Below the pieces are notes generated by a model. It had not been told where the DNA came from. It saw nothing but the letters and a program-made list of their open reading frames with translations, and did not search any database. Positions 9,896-20,343 of a stretch of DNA of 64,000 nucleotides are shown one piece after another. The translations under genes and the position numbers were made by a program. How positions within the stretch are numbered: the first letter of the stretch is position 1; the number at the start of each line of letters is the position of its first letter. This stretch comes from Methanosarcinales archaeon (GTDB taxonomy: Archaea; Halobacteriota; UBA148; JAUWXC01), in NCBI GenBank assembly GCA_026016205.1, contig CP061209.1:448433-512432 (forward strand), read 5' to 3'.

Positions 9896-10653
9896 CTGTT
9901 AGGGTGTCTGATCTAGTTCTATATTTGTCCTGTCCGCGCCGAGTATATTTCGTGTCGCGGGGGCATAAGTTGAATGAAGCGACTGCTACTAGGTATATAG
10001 AACATCTATTGCTCAAAGAACTCGCCTACAAATTTCCTTTGTTGATTAAAAATGACAATCTGTGTAAATTGTCCACTCATTTAAGTAGTATCGCAAGTGA
10101 GGCGCAAGGCGAATTAGGTGCGATAGAAAAATCACAGATTATAGGGGCCGTATCAAACATCAATGTCGACGATATCGTAGCCGGTATAGAAAATCTCATT
10201 GATGCACTTGGCAGAGATGTGCTGCTTCAGCGGATCATGCCATGGGAAAAGGAATATCAAATGCATTCTGACCGCTTCGATATGTCAGGCCGCCCCGATA
10301 AATTAGTGTTAATTGATGGTGAGATTATTCCATCTATTATCAAAACTGGTAACAAACCTGAATATGGAGCATGGAAGGATGAACGAATTCAATTGGCCGC
10401 GTACGCACTCCTAATCGAGGAGACATTTAATTGTCCCGTTTCTCGCGGTCTAATCGAATACGCAAGACATGGCGAATTTCGCGATGTCGACATCAAACAA
10501 GCCGATAAAAAGATGGCACTTCGAATCAAGGATAGGACCCAAAAGGTCATAGATGGCACACTCCCAGGTAAACCAAGAAAAGTTCTGTGTGAATCCTGCG
10601 CTTTCATCGACCTGTGTAATGTGAAAAAGTCTTTGCTCTCCAGACTATTTTAA
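9892..10653 (+). CDS. Solo Cas4-like (RecB/Dna2-Cas4) Fe-S nuclease
   Basis: CPRR, GRPD, QLAAY, CESCxxxxxC; no other cas genes or array in window. Confidence 0.8.
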   Translation: MTVRVSDLVLYLSCPRRVYFVSRGHKLNEATATRYIEHLLLKELAYKFPLLIKNDNLCKLSTHLSSIASEAQGELGAIEKSQIIGAVSNINVDDIVAGIENLIDALGRDVLLQRIMPWEKEYQMHSDRFDMSGRPDKLVLIDGEIIPSIIKTGNKPEYGAWKDERIQLAAYALLIEETFNCPVSRGLIEYARHGEFRDVDIKQADKKMALRIKDRTQKVIDGTLPGKPRKVLCESCAFIDLCNVKKSLLSRLF

Positions 10654-11312
10654 AATCGTCGCCCTTTGACCTTATTGATGTTAAACTTGGCAGTTTTCGC
10701 CATGTGCATCACTGCAAACGTGCCAGCCTGGACAGGGTCAGTAACAACCAAATCCGCAGCTTCTGGCACGCTTCCTGCCATGTTAAGCGCGATTACCGGG
10801 ATGCCCACCTCGCGCAACTTTTTAACCTCTTCTGTGATGCGCCCACCCATCAGCGAACCGGCGAGCACTAAGACAGATGCTCTGTGAAGACGTGAAACGG
10901 CATTTACTGCATCCGCAATGGCATCCTCACCAACCAGTGGAATTGTATCAACACTGATGCGTTCACCCCTAATGTTATGCCTGTCCGCTTCATTAACCGC
11001 ACCCATCGCAACCTGTGCAACCTGTGCGCCGCCGCCGATTACTATCACCCTGGAGCCATAGACCTCTTGGAAGGAAGGTGAAGTGACAACCTCGTGTACG
11101 GCATCCTGTGAGGTTAAATCTGATACGAGTGCGCCTGAGTCCGTTACTCCATCGATTTCCATATAAATGGAGCCTTTTTCCTTGTGAACGCCCCTCTCAA
11201 AGATGAACTGCTGTGTATAGGTTATATTGCCGCCATGTTTTGCCACGATGCCTGCAATATCTCTTAGCACACCTGGTGTATCCTTACATATCACATTTAT
11301 GGCAAGTGTCAT
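10650..11312 (-). CDS. ACT-domain protein (COG2150/DUF5612)
   Basis: ACT-like N-terminus; GGGAQVAQVAMGAVNEADRHNIRGERISVDTIP. Confidence 0.88.
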   Translation of the reverse strand: MTLAINVICKDTPGVLRDIAGIVAKHGGNITYTQQFIFERGVHKEKGSIYMEIDGVTDSGALVSDLTSQDAVHEVVTSPSFQEVYGSRVIVIGGGAQVAQVAMGAVNEADRHNIRGERISVDTIPLVGEDAIADAVNAVSRLHRASVLVLAGSLMGGRITEEVKKLREVGIPVIALNMAGSVPEAADLVVTDPVQAGTFAVMHMAKTAKFNINKVKGRRF

Positions 11313-11327
11313 TCATATCTACCCTAT

Positions 11328-12353
11328 TTATTCCAGCCCCTTAAGTTCTTCGAATGAAAGGGGCGGATAAAACACACCCTTCTCGGTGATTATTGCTGTT
11401 ACATTGTCCATTGGCGTGGCATCGAATGCTGGATTGTAGGCCTTGGCATCTAACGGTGCAATTTGCATGTCTCCAAAGTACTTCAATTCCTGTGGCCCCC
11501 GCTCTTCTATCTCAATATCTGGCGCATGTTTCTCAAAGTCAAATGTTGACATGGGTGCAGCAACATAGAACGGTATCTTGTGCTCCTTTGCTATGACCGA
11601 AAGCGTGTACGTTCCGATTTTATTGAATACTGCTTCCTCTACTATGCGGTCTGCGCCAACGAGAATCTTGTCAACCATTCCGGATTTTATCACGTGTCCA
11701 GCCATGCTATCTGTAATTAACGTGACAGGAATGTTGTCTTGTAAGAGTTCCCACGCCGTTATTCTGGAGCCCTGATTTAATGGGCGTGTTTCAGTGGCGA
11801 TGACTTTTATTCTCTTGTTCTCCTCTATGGCTGACCTAACAACGCCAAGAGCAGTACCCCAATCCACGCATGCCATTCTGCCAGCGTTGCAGTGTGTCAG
11901 CACAACGTCGCCGTCTTCCAGTAACTTTGTCCCATTGGCGCCTATCTTTTTACATATCTCTACATCCTCGTCCGCTATTGCTTTCGCTTCTTCTAAGGCA
12001 AGTTCTTTGACTTGGATTATCGAGTGACCGGTCTTTGCCTTGCGGAGAACTCTGTCAATCCCCCAGGACAGATTTATGGCGGTTGGCCTGGTGTTTCGTA
12101 AAACTTCTGCAGCACCTTCCAGCTCCTGCACAAGATCTATGGGGCTTTTTGCCTTGCTTGTCTGTGCCGCTAATGCGATTCCAAAAGCGCCTGCAACACC
12201 AAGCGCTGGAGCGCCCCTGATGCTCAGAGTACGTATTGCCTCTGCCAGAGCATTTACATCCATGCATTCGACGATATGTCGCGCTAAAGGCAATTTGGTC
12301 TGGTCGACGAATATAATACAGTTTTTAGTATCGTCCCAATCAATCGTTCGCAT
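11328..12353 (-). CDS. mtnA: Methylthioribose-1-phosphate isomerase (eIF2B-like)
   Basis: IRGAPALG, RPTAINL, THCNAG, ETRPLNQG, NKIGTY, NPAFDATP. Confidence 0.92.
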   Translation of the reverse strand: MRTIDWDDTKNCIIFVDQTKLPLARHIVECMDVNALAEAIRTLSIRGAPALGVAGAFGIALAAQTSKAKSPIDLVQELEGAAEVLRNTRPTAINLSWGIDRVLRKAKTGHSIIQVKELALEEAKAIADEDVEICKKIGANGTKLLEDGDVVLTHCNAGRMACVDWGTALGVVRSAIEENKRIKVIATETRPLNQGSRITAWELLQDNIPVTLITDSMAGHVIKSGMVDKILVGADRIVEEAVFNKIGTYTLSVIAKEHKIPFYVAAPMSTFDFEKHAPDIEIEERGPQELKYFGDMQIAPLDAKAYNPAFDATPMDNVTAIITEKGVFYPPLSFEELKGLE

Positions 12354-12444
12354 AATCTCAAGGAACTACCGCGTGCTGATAATAAAAAAGTGTTGTTTTA
12401 GAGCAATCTTTATCTGTTGTAATAAGTAAACGCATAAACCTCCT

Positions 12445-13224
12445 ATGAAAAGATGTATGATATGCGGACGGCAAGAGCACCTACCATTCACATGCAAATT
12501 CTGTGGTGATGTGTTCTGCGCAGAGCACAGGCTGCCAGAGAATCATCACTGCCCTGGTCTGGCAGGGCTGAAGGATATATCTAAGGAGATTATATACTCT
12601 CCAACTCCCAGGGAGGTTAAAATAGTGCAGAAAAGGCGTCCGAGGATTTCCCTACCCCCCTTACCTGTATACAGCTATTCTCAGGCGATTTTGATGATAT
12701 GCGTGGCATCTTTCTTCTTGCAGGTATTTCCGCTGTACAACGAGATGTTCGCCTTATACCCAACTCATGTAATCGCAAGACCGTGGATGCTGGTAACGTA
12801 TATGTTTCTGCACGGTAGCTTTGTGCACCTGCTTTTCAATATGTTATTCCTCTTCTTCTTTGGGCCCAGACTTGAAAGTTTAGTTGGAAGCAAGACATTT
12901 CTCGAGATATATCTTGGCTCGGGTGTCATAGCCGGCATCGGACATGTACTCACGTCTTCCGGCCCTGTGGTGGGCGCAAGCGGTGCATTATATGGTATAT
13001 TTGGTTGTCTTGCCATCATCGCACCGTACATCGTTGTATTCATATACTTCATTCCGATGAAAATCACGCATGCCGTCATCCTATTCGCGATAATGGACTT
13101 ACTGCTGATGGGTTCAGGAGACATGATAGCGCATGCTGCCCATTTGAGCGGTCTTTTAGTTGGCATAGTCTATGGCATGCAACTAAAAAAGAGCCTAAGA
13201 CGGACGCCTTATCTCGGCTTTTAA
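12445..13224 (+). CDS. Rhomboid intramembrane protease with N-terminal AN1 zinc finger
   Basis: [28 protein letters not shown]. Confidence 0.92.
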   Translation: MKRCMICGRQEHLPFTCKFCGDVFCAEHRLPENHHCPGLAGLKDISKEIIYSPTPREVKIVQKRRPRISLPPLPVYSYSQAILMICVASFFLQVFPLYNEMFALYPTHVIARPWMLVTYMFLHGSFVHLLFNMLFLFFFGPRLESLVGSKTFLEIYLGSGVIAGIGHVLTSSGPVVGASGALYGIFGCLAIIAPYIVVFIYFIPMKITHAVILFAIMDLLLMGSGDMIAHAAHLSGLLVGIVYGMQLKKSLRRTPYLGF

Positions 13225-14828
13225 CACACGCCAATTTCAAACGCCACAACAGGATGGTCCAAGCCGAAATTGAGGATGACATCTGGGTGAATTTCTCCAA
13301 ACACCCCTACGCTCTTTTTCTTGACCAAGATGGATGCCCTTCGCCCTTCTAAAAATGCAGGGTCATTGGATTCGGCAATCTCATATTCGAGTCCAAGTTC
13401 CTTCAGCATGGACTCGACAACGGATTTTACCTCGGCGAAGTTTGCTGTGGAATGAGTTGAAACACCGGCTAATTTTTGCATATCTTTGGAATCAACGATA
13501 ACATCTCCTACTTCGAAGATTTTCTGCTGCATCTCAACGTGTTTGTTCCGCGATAGTACGCCCATCAGATTTGGTAGGATAGTGCAACGAATCATCGTGT
13601 GCTCTTCACTGATTGGATGTTTAACCTTTGTGACATTTGCCTGGGTGCGCTTCATCATATCAAAGTGCACCCGCTCGTTCGTTAGGGTAAATGTCGTGAC
13701 TTCTAAAAATCCCAGACCGACCATGATTTCTCTAAGCAATGCAAGTTTGTCTTCAATAGGATGCGCCCTGCCTATCGTAGCGGTTTCGGGAAGTTCGGGC
13801 TTGAATTTGTCAAATCCATACCCAATGGCGACGTCTTCAATCAGGTCCCAGTTGTGTAATATATCTGCCCTGTATGCGGGTATCGCTACTTCTATCGCCT
13901 CCCCCTTAACAGTTGCACCAAACCTCATTTTTTCCAGTTCACGGACAATTTGTTTGGCGTCCAGAGTAAGACCAAGAAGTGAATTTACCTCGCCTATGCT
14001 AAGCTCTCTACTCGTCGGAGATAGATCAGGCGTGAAAGCGCTCTTTCCATCCGAAATGATTTCAACCGATTCTATTTTGGCGCCCCTCTCTGCCAGCGCG
14101 GTGACCACAATATTGAGTGCCATTGCTACGGATGCATCCATGCCAGTTACTTCAATGAACATATCTGTCGTTTCTTCTGTGACCGCGGTTAATGTACCAT
14201 TGATGATGGGAGGGAAGGACAGCACATTGTCTCCAGAATCCACTATTAACGGGTAGCGATTTACTCCCTCTAACATGTGCGCAAACCGGACCCCTTTTGG
14301 ATGCTCTTTGAGAATGGTGCGCATGGACATCTTTTTGTCAAAATCCAGCGGAACAAACTCTGTGTTGGGGTCGACTGCCTTGTACACAAACGGCGGCTTG
14401 ACCTTGGATATGTCATGGACGCCGATGGATACCTTCTTCCTGTTGCGTCCCAGCCCCCAGTGCAGGTCTTCCTGCAGTGCCATCAACGATTCGATGGATG
14501 CGGAGTTGAAATGCAGTCCACGCACGACGGCGCAGGCAAGGCAAGGTCTAATCAGCTTGACGGATTTTTCAATTATGATTGACATGTTTGACTTTTTGAC
14601 ATCGTACTTGCGCAATCCCGTTTCGATGCCAAGAAACCCCCTCATCGCCCTTGCAACGCCCTCGACGGAAAAGAGATCCGGCCTGTCCGGGAAGAACTCG
14701 ACATCAGCATACGTGTCTTCAATGCGCTCGATATCGGCGCCGATCATGGGTATGTGCTTGAGAATTGTATCCTTGTCAGTGCCAACCAATTTTTTCAGGT
14801 CATCATATTGTAGGGTTATAACTGGCAT
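13221..14828 (-). CDS. pheT: Phenylalanyl-tRNA synthetase beta subunit
   Basis: [35 protein letters not shown]; start placed at MPVITL. Confidence 0.95.
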   Translation of the reverse strand: MPVITLQYDDLKKLVGTDKDTILKHIPMIGADIERIEDTYADVEFFPDRPDLFSVEGVARAMRGFLGIETGLRKYDVKKSNMSIIIEKSVKLIRPCLACAVVRGLHFNSASIESLMALQEDLHWGLGRNRKKVSIGVHDISKVKPPFVYKAVDPNTEFVPLDFDKKMSMRTILKEHPKGVRFAHMLEGVNRYPLIVDSGDNVLSFPPIINGTLTAVTEETTDMFIEVTGMDASVAMALNIVVTALAERGAKIESVEIISDGKSAFTPDLSPTSRELSIGEVNSLLGLTLDAKQIVRELEKMRFGATVKGEAIEVAIPAYRADILHNWDLIEDVAIGYGFDKFKPELPETATIGRAHPIEDKLALLREIMVGLGFLEVTTFTLTNERVHFDMMKRTQANVTKVKHPISEEHTMIRCTILPNLMGVLSRNKHVEMQQKIFEVGDVIVDSKDMQKLAGVSTHSTANFAEVKSVVESMLKELGLEYEIAESNDPAFLEGRRASILVKKKSVGVFGEIHPDVILNFGLDHPVVAFEIGVC

Positions 14829-16312
14829 GCTGGATACCTCCTTAGCCAGTCGATATCTGGAGCATATATGTCTCTCAGGTCTCTTAGGCCCAGGCGCAAC
14901 ATCGCCAGTCTGCCAACGCCAAGACCCCATGCCAGAACAGGATGTTCGATTCCCAGCGGAGCGGTCACCTCTTGCCTGAATATGCCCGCACCACCCAGTT
15001 CAATCCAGCCCAATTCTGGTACGTATACCTCGGGCTCAACCGATGGCTCTGTATAGGGGAAGTAACCAGGCCTGAAGCGCACATCTTTGAAGCCAACGCG
15101 ATGGTAAAACTCAGCCAGACATCCCAGCAGATTCTTAAACGAAACGCCCTCGTCCATCACCACGCCTTCCAATTGCTCGAACTCGGGCAGATGCGTTGCA
15201 TCAATGGCTTCGCGCCTGTAAACCCTGCCAATACAGAACACCTTGACAGGCGGATTCGGGTTATCGGCGAGATATTTGATTGTGATTGCTGTAGTATGCG
15301 TTCTGAGTACGTTGGTTTTTGCAAGTTCCTCGCTCCAGTGACCACTCCAGCCTGTCGAGCCGATATCACCACCGTGCTCGTGCATCTCTTTTACGTTCTG
15401 CACGTATTCGCCAGGCAGTTTTCCCTTGGAATCAAGGTAAAACGTGTCCTGCATTTCTCTAGCAGGATGATCCTGTGGCTGGAATAACGCGTCAAAGTTC
15501 CAGAAAGATGTCTGTATGTGGCTCCCTTTAATCTCCTCAAACCCCATTTCGAGACATATCTGGCGCATCTCATCGAGCAAACGCTGGTAAGGATGCTTCT
15601 TGGCAGCAAAAATGCGAGTGGAAGACGCATGTATGTCATACGGGCGCAGGCGCTTTTTTCTCCATTCGCCTGATCTAATCAAGTCCGGCGTTAGTTGCCC
15701 AAGATCTTCTCCAATTTCAATGCCCTTTCGCACAAGTTTGCGCCCTTCGTTGGTAATGGCAATTACGCGGGATGTCCTCTCGGTGCACCTGATTAAATCT
15801 CGCCCCACCAACTCCTGAATTGTCGTCGAAGGGTAACTCGTAAGCGTCTCTGGGTGATGTGCGAGCAGGTAGTGTAAAACTTCTTCCGGAGGGTATTTTT
15901 TATGAGTTTTAAGAGGTGTGATAACGGTCTCTTTGCCTCTTTTTTCTATCGATGCCAGTCCTTTTTGCTTTAGCCACCCCAGTGCAATGCTGATTTCTTT
16001 ATCTGAGAATGTATTCTTCAACTTAATTAGGGGGGTGGGCTTACCTTCTGCATATGCGATAATGCGCAGTTCTGGCAATCCTTGCCGGGCATAAAGTTCT
16101 CCTTCGGGAGTGGGCGAGTAAAGCACAATCGTCTCTTCTACGATATTTGCAAGACCTTTTTTCGCAAGCAAAAATGCTGCCTGCATCGCGGCATCGATCT
16201 GCAATCCTGACTCAGCGGCAAGTTTCTGTGGGTCCGCGGATTTGACCTTGTTCAGCGCCAGTAATATGCATTTCTCATTGGCGGTTAATGTGCTTGGCTT
16301 ATCTGATGCCAT
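14816..16312 (-). CDS. pheS: Phenylalanyl-tRNA synthetase alpha subunit
   Basis: [37 protein letters not shown]. Confidence 0.97.
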   Translation of the reverse strand: MASDKPSTLTANEKCILLALNKVKSADPQKLAAESGLQIDAAMQAAFLLAKKGLANIVEETIVLYSPTPEGELYARQGLPELRIIAYAEGKPTPLIKLKNTFSDKEISIALGWLKQKGLASIEKRGKETVITPLKTHKKYPPEEVLHYLLAHHPETLTSYPSTTIQELVGRDLIRCTERTSRVIAITNEGRKLVRKGIEIGEDLGQLTPDLIRSGEWRKKRLRPYDIHASSTRIFAAKKHPYQRLLDEMRQICLEMGFEEIKGSHIQTSFWNFDALFQPQDHPAREMQDTFYLDSKGKLPGEYVQNVKEMHEHGGDIGSTGWSGHWSEELAKTNVLRTHTTAITIKYLADNPNPPVKVFCIGRVYRREAIDATHLPEFEQLEGVVMDEGVSFKNLLGCLAEFYHRVGFKDVRFRPGYFPYTEPSVEPEVYVPELGWIELGGAGIFRQEVTAPLGIEHPVLAWGLGVGRLAMLRLGLRDLRDIYAPDIDWLRRYPACQL

Positions 16313-16388
16313 GGTCGTACTCCCTACCCCATAAAGGATAACGCTTATATTTGTAACTACTGGAATTGAAAAAGTTTATCAACGCAGG

Positions 16389-16715
16389 ATGACGTTGATA
16401 GTTCCGGAGGAAAACGACTTGGAGATATTATACTTCTATAATACCGATGCAAAGAAGGATGTTGAGAAAGCGTTACAGGAGGATATCATAAAGAGGGCAG
16501 ATTATACTGTCAGGGAGTGCAAGCTCCTGGGTTCAGACCGTGAAGGCTATTTCTTGTATCTGCGCGGAACGCCCGATATGATGAAAGAGGTGGACAAATT
16601 ATTCGCAGACCTGCCCCTAGAAAAAGTGCCTGAAAAAGAGGCAAAAGATATCATTGAAAAAATCAAAGCCGAAGACGATTCGGCTGCGACAGGCATGGGT
16701 ATGATTTTTGGGTGA
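16389..16715 (+). CDS. Hypothetical protein, 108 aa
   Basis: Clean acidic ORF divergent from pheS, ends GMGMIFG. Confidence 0.7.
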   Translation: MTLIVPEENDLEILYFYNTDAKKDVEKALQEDIIKRADYTVRECKLLGSDREGYFLYLRGTPDMMKEVDKLFADLPLEKVPEKEAKDIIEKIKAEDDSAATGMGMIFG

Positions 16716-16765
16716 TATGCCGTTAAGTGAACTTTTAATACGATAAACAACGTGAAGTAAAGTGT

Positions 16766-16999
16766 ATGAAAGTGCTAAACTATAGAATTCTGCTCAGAAA
16801 AGAGCCTGAAGGCGGCTATACAGTGATAGTTCCTTCTCTTCCTGGCTGCGTCACATACGGGGACACAATAGAAGAAGCGATAGAGATGGCAAAGGAAGCT
16901 ATTGGGTTATATGCAGAGAGCTTAAAAAAGCATGGCGAGGAGATGCCAACAGAGGAAGGAACTTTAGAATATACTCTGACGGTAGAGGCACATGCCTAA
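16766..16999 (+). CDS. hicB: HicB family antitoxin
   Basis: EGGYTVIVPSLPGCVTYGDTIEEAIEMAKEAI. Confidence 0.92.
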   Translation: MKVLNYRILLRKEPEGGYTVIVPSLPGCVTYGDTIEEAIEMAKEAIGLYAESLKKHGEEMPTEEGTLEYTLTVEAHA

Positions 17000-17084
17000 A
17001 CTCCCATCCCGTACTCCTCAGAAAGTTATCAAGGTACGTGAGAAAAAAGGATTCGCACGTCATTTCAAACTTTTCTCATTATAA
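16992..17084 (+). pseudogene. hicA: Truncated HicA toxin remnant
   Basis: My translation MPKLPSRTPQKVIKVREKKGFARHFKLFSL*; HicA-like N-terminus overlapping the hicB stop, cut before the GSH motif at the island edge. Confidence 0.75.
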
Positions 17085-17754
17085 ACAAATACTTAAATCC
17101 TCTTAAGTAAAAATTATATTGAATCGCTCTTTGCTCCCAAACATTTGTGTTTGATCTTTGATGTCTTCTAATAAGACAAATTACATCAACGGGTTCAAAA
17201 TATTTTTCCAACATTTGATAGATTCTTATGCCAACAGGAATAAATCCTGATTTACTTCTCCAATGGTCTCCAATAACCCAACCAACAACTTTGCCTTCTT
17301 TCAAAATTCTATGAATCTCTTTAGCTACTTTTTCTAATTCCTGATAAAAATCCTCTTTTTCAGCTGATATTTTGCCGATACAGTCAAGATGACTAGAATA
17401 TGTTACATTATCTCCATATGGTGAATCAACAAAAATCATATCCACTGAGTTATCATCTAAGGGTATTTTTCTTGCGTCGTTTTGTATTATGCTAGGTCTT
17501 GTTGGTGCGATATCATATCCAATAACTTTTCTCCCTTCTTCTTTACATACATCTATTGTTGTTCCACTACCGCACATTGGATCAACAATTAAATCTCCTA
17601 CCTTCGTATATCTTTGTAGCATATTCCAAATAACACCAGCAGGAGTTACACCATTAAACTTCCAGTCACCTTTTTGAGTATTGCCATAACTTTGCTTAGG
17701 AAAGTCCCATAATGTTGTAGGTTCTAAAACTGGTTTATCATTCTGACTTTTCAT
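17065..17754 (-). CDS. Small amino-DNA methyltransferase (N4-C/N6-A)
   Basis: Motif I DPMCGSGTT followed by motif IV-like DSPY. Confidence 0.8.
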   Translation of the reverse strand: MKSQNDKPVLEPTTLWDFPKQSYGNTQKGDWKFNGVTPAGVIWNMLQRYTKVGDLIVDPMCGSGTTIDVCKEEGRKVIGYDIAPTRPSIIQNDARKIPLDDNSVDMIFVDSPYGDNVTYSSHLDCIGKISAEKEDFYQELEKVAKEIHRILKEGKVVGWVIGDHWRSKSGFIPVGIRIYQMLEKYFEPVDVICLIRRHQRSNTNVWEQRAIQYNFYLRGFKYLFIMRKV

Positions 17755-18433
17755 TTATTAAAACCCTTAAATCTTCAATAAATTTGTCAAACATCTTTAC
17801 TTTATCGCTTTCTTCTATCTTTGTCTCACTCATGACATAACTGCCATCTGTATCAACTTCTACAATGGCTCTCCCTTTCTTTGTGGGTTTCTTAATGGTC
17901 AATGTCCCATCTTCATCAGGAGTAATAAAGAATACACGAATATGTTTTGTTACATCATCCTGCAATAGCTTTAGTTTCCAGTAACCTGTTTGGGCAATTC
18001 TTTCTCGTAACGTAACTTTGCTTGAAATTACTGCTATAACTTTCATAGTCTTTGGTTCATAAATTATCATATCAACATCAGGCAGATGAGAGCCGAATTC
18101 ACCATAATCTATAAGAAGATTTCTTTTAACTCTGCTTAATTCTTCTGATAAGTTTTTACTTTTTGTTCTTTCTAGTGTATTACCCCCTATTATTTTCAAT
18201 CCCAAACTTTTAACTTCATCTTCAATAATATACATTATCAACTTCTCTAAGTTTTTACCTTTGAAAGCTCTCCAAGATTGTTCATGGTCTTTGTTGGCTG
18301 TTGGATGCTTTAACCAATCTTTTCTGTGTAATTCTTTTGCTTCTTTTAGCATTGCAGAGATGTGCCTATATGCTTCTGTGCCAAATCTCTTTTTCTTTCC
18401 TTCGTAGAGTCTAACTAAATCTGAAAATTGCAT
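17738..18433 (-). CDS. Type II restriction endonuclease, BsaWI/CCGG-family
   Basis: PDVD...SSKVTLRERIAQ matches the PD...KxxxR(D/E)R signature; flanked by MTases. Confidence 0.75.
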   Translation of the reverse strand: MQFSDLVRLYEGKKKRFGTEAYRHISAMLKEAKELHRKDWLKHPTANKDHEQSWRAFKGKNLEKLIMYIIEDEVKSLGLKIIGGNTLERTKSKNLSEELSRVKRNLLIDYGEFGSHLPDVDMIIYEPKTMKVIAVISSKVTLRERIAQTGYWKLKLLQDDVTKHIRVFFITPDEDGTLTIKKPTKKGRAIVEVDTDGSYVMSETKIEESDKVKMFDKFIEDLRVLINEKSE

Positions 18434-18435
18434 TC

Positions 18436-20331
18436 TTATCCACCTTCATCATTAGATGAATTTTTTATTTTATTAAGCAATTCTTGAAAGTTTTCAATTG
18501 TCTCTTCTGAAAATTCAATATCCCCTCTTTGTGTAATTTCTTCAAAAAACTTTTTAGAAACTATTGTTTTACTTAACTCATCACTTAGAAGATTATATTT
18601 ATCAGTGTCTTTTTTTGAGAATAAAGCTTCAATAGAATCAGAGTTATTCTCACCTACAAAGATTATTTTTCCTTCTGGTATACTATCCTTTATTAATTTA
18701 TTATATGTTTTATTAGTCCCTTTTCTATCAAGAACAATTTTATAATCTTCTAACCCCCATCCAATGAGTAGAGAAACAACTGTACTTGCTTTTGTATGAC
18801 CTACACAAGGTATTATAGCAATATCTTCTGGAAATTTATAATGTTTTTTACTCTTTAGGAAATGTAGCATTGTTTGTAGATAGAAATAATCACTTACCCC
18901 TTCAACAACAATATTCTTTTTTTTGGAAAATGCTATTCCTTGTGAAAGATCTAATCCAATAGCAGTTATTATAGGTGTTAATGTGTCCTCATCAGCACCT
19001 TTAGTAAAATTATTCTGTATTATTGTTTCCTTCGTTTTTTCATCCCTAATCAATAGCTTTATCCTAGCTAATCTATCTGGATCTATAAGGTATGGAGAAT
19101 GTGTTGTGAATATTATCTGATTTTCTTTTGATAATTCTTCAAGTAATTCTAAAACATCCTTTTGTGCTTTTGCATGTAAATAAAGTCCAGGTTCATCTAT
19201 CAGTATTAAATTACCTTTTTCTAGACCTTCAGCTTTTAACCTTAAAAAGAAAGCCATATACCATTGAAGCCCCTTACTTCTCTGTTTAGGTGTGTAAGAT
19301 TCCCCCCTAACTTCTTTCTTGTTTTCATCTAAAACAACATCCTGAACAAAAAATGATAGAAGTGGCTCATCATAACTAACAGAAATTTCAATAGGGTCTT
19401 GTTTCCAATACTTACCAAAAACATCACTACATATTTTCGATGCTTTGTTTACTATATTTTTTCTTTTTTGTCGGTCTTGTGTTTTGCTTAGGGCATCTAT
19501 ATTCAATTTCGACAATTTTATAAAATCTTCAACTATTCCATACTTGGTTTTTAATGTATTTTGATTTGTTATGTCGGATATGGGAACTTCTGACGGTAAA
19601 ATATCATTAAAAGAATTAAACAATACCATTCGAGGTATTAAGGAGATTATTTCTCTATTTATTTTAGCAATTGTAGAATCAATATCTGTCTTAAATTTTA
19701 TATCTACTACTTTGTTTCTAAGTTCATCTAATTTTTCCTTATCATTTTGTTCATTAATAAGGGACAAATTCTTGTTTATAGTATCAATTAAAGAATTTAT
19801 TTTATTGATAATCTCTTCATGAGAATCTCCATCAAATAATTTTATTTCTTCTGAAATCTCTGTTTTATTGTATTTCTTGATGATAGCATATATTTTATTT
19901 ATGGTTTTATTCGTTTTTTCAAATATTTTTTTATTTAATTTTTGCAATTCTCTGTTCAAAATATCAATTAATTCGCCAGAAATGGTATAATCAGATTTTT
20001 TGTTTGATTTTATAATATAGTATTCAAATGTCAAATTATAACTTTCTTTTAATTTTATATCTATTTCTAAATTCTTTAGTATATTCTTTATTTCTTTAGT
20101 ATCAATTTCAAAACAAAATTCAATCTCTATAGGCTCTTTTGTCTTTAAATGAAGTGGCGTATCAGTTTCTTCAAATTTAGTGGCTTTATTCAATTTTTCT
20201 AAACCTTCAAGAACATTAGTTTTTCCTGATTCGTTTTTTCCAGCCAAAACAGTAATATTTGGATTAAGGTAACACTCTCCACTATCTTTTATCGATCTAA
20301 AATTTTTTATCCTAAATGATTTTAGTATCAT
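18436..20331 (-). CDS. OLD-like ATP-dependent nuclease (ABC ATPase plus TOPRIM)
   Basis: IKNFRSI, GKNESGKT, RSKG signature, LIDEPGLYLH, TTHSPY, TOPRIM VVEGVSD. Confidence 0.82.
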   Translation of the reverse strand: MILKSFRIKNFRSIKDSGECYLNPNITVLAGKNESGKTNVLEGLEKLNKATKFEETDTPLHLKTKEPIEIEFCFEIDTKEIKNILKNLEIDIKLKESYNLTFEYYIIKSNKKSDYTISGELIDILNRELQKLNKKIFEKTNKTINKIYAIIKKYNKTEISEEIKLFDGDSHEEIINKINSLIDTINKNLSLINEQNDKEKLDELRNKVVDIKFKTDIDSTIAKINREIISLIPRMVLFNSFNDILPSEVPISDITNQNTLKTKYGIVEDFIKLSKLNIDALSKTQDRQKRKNIVNKASKICSDVFGKYWKQDPIEISVSYDEPLLSFFVQDVVLDENKKEVRGESYTPKQRSKGLQWYMAFFLRLKAEGLEKGNLILIDEPGLYLHAKAQKDVLELLEELSKENQIIFTTHSPYLIDPDRLARIKLLIRDEKTKETIIQNNFTKGADEDTLTPIITAIGLDLSQGIAFSKKKNIVVEGVSDYFYLQTMLHFLKSKKHYKFPEDIAIIPCVGHTKASTVVSLLIGWGLEDYKIVLDRKGTNKTYNKLIKDSIPEGKIIFVGENNSDSIEALFSKKDTDKYNLLSDELSKTIVSKKFFEEITQRGDIEFSEETIENFQELLNKIKNSSNDEGG

Positions 20332-20343
20332 TTTGTTACCTCA

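Noticed and set aside
9892..10653. CRISPR-Cas locus
   Set aside because: No repeat-spacer array and no other cas genes in the window
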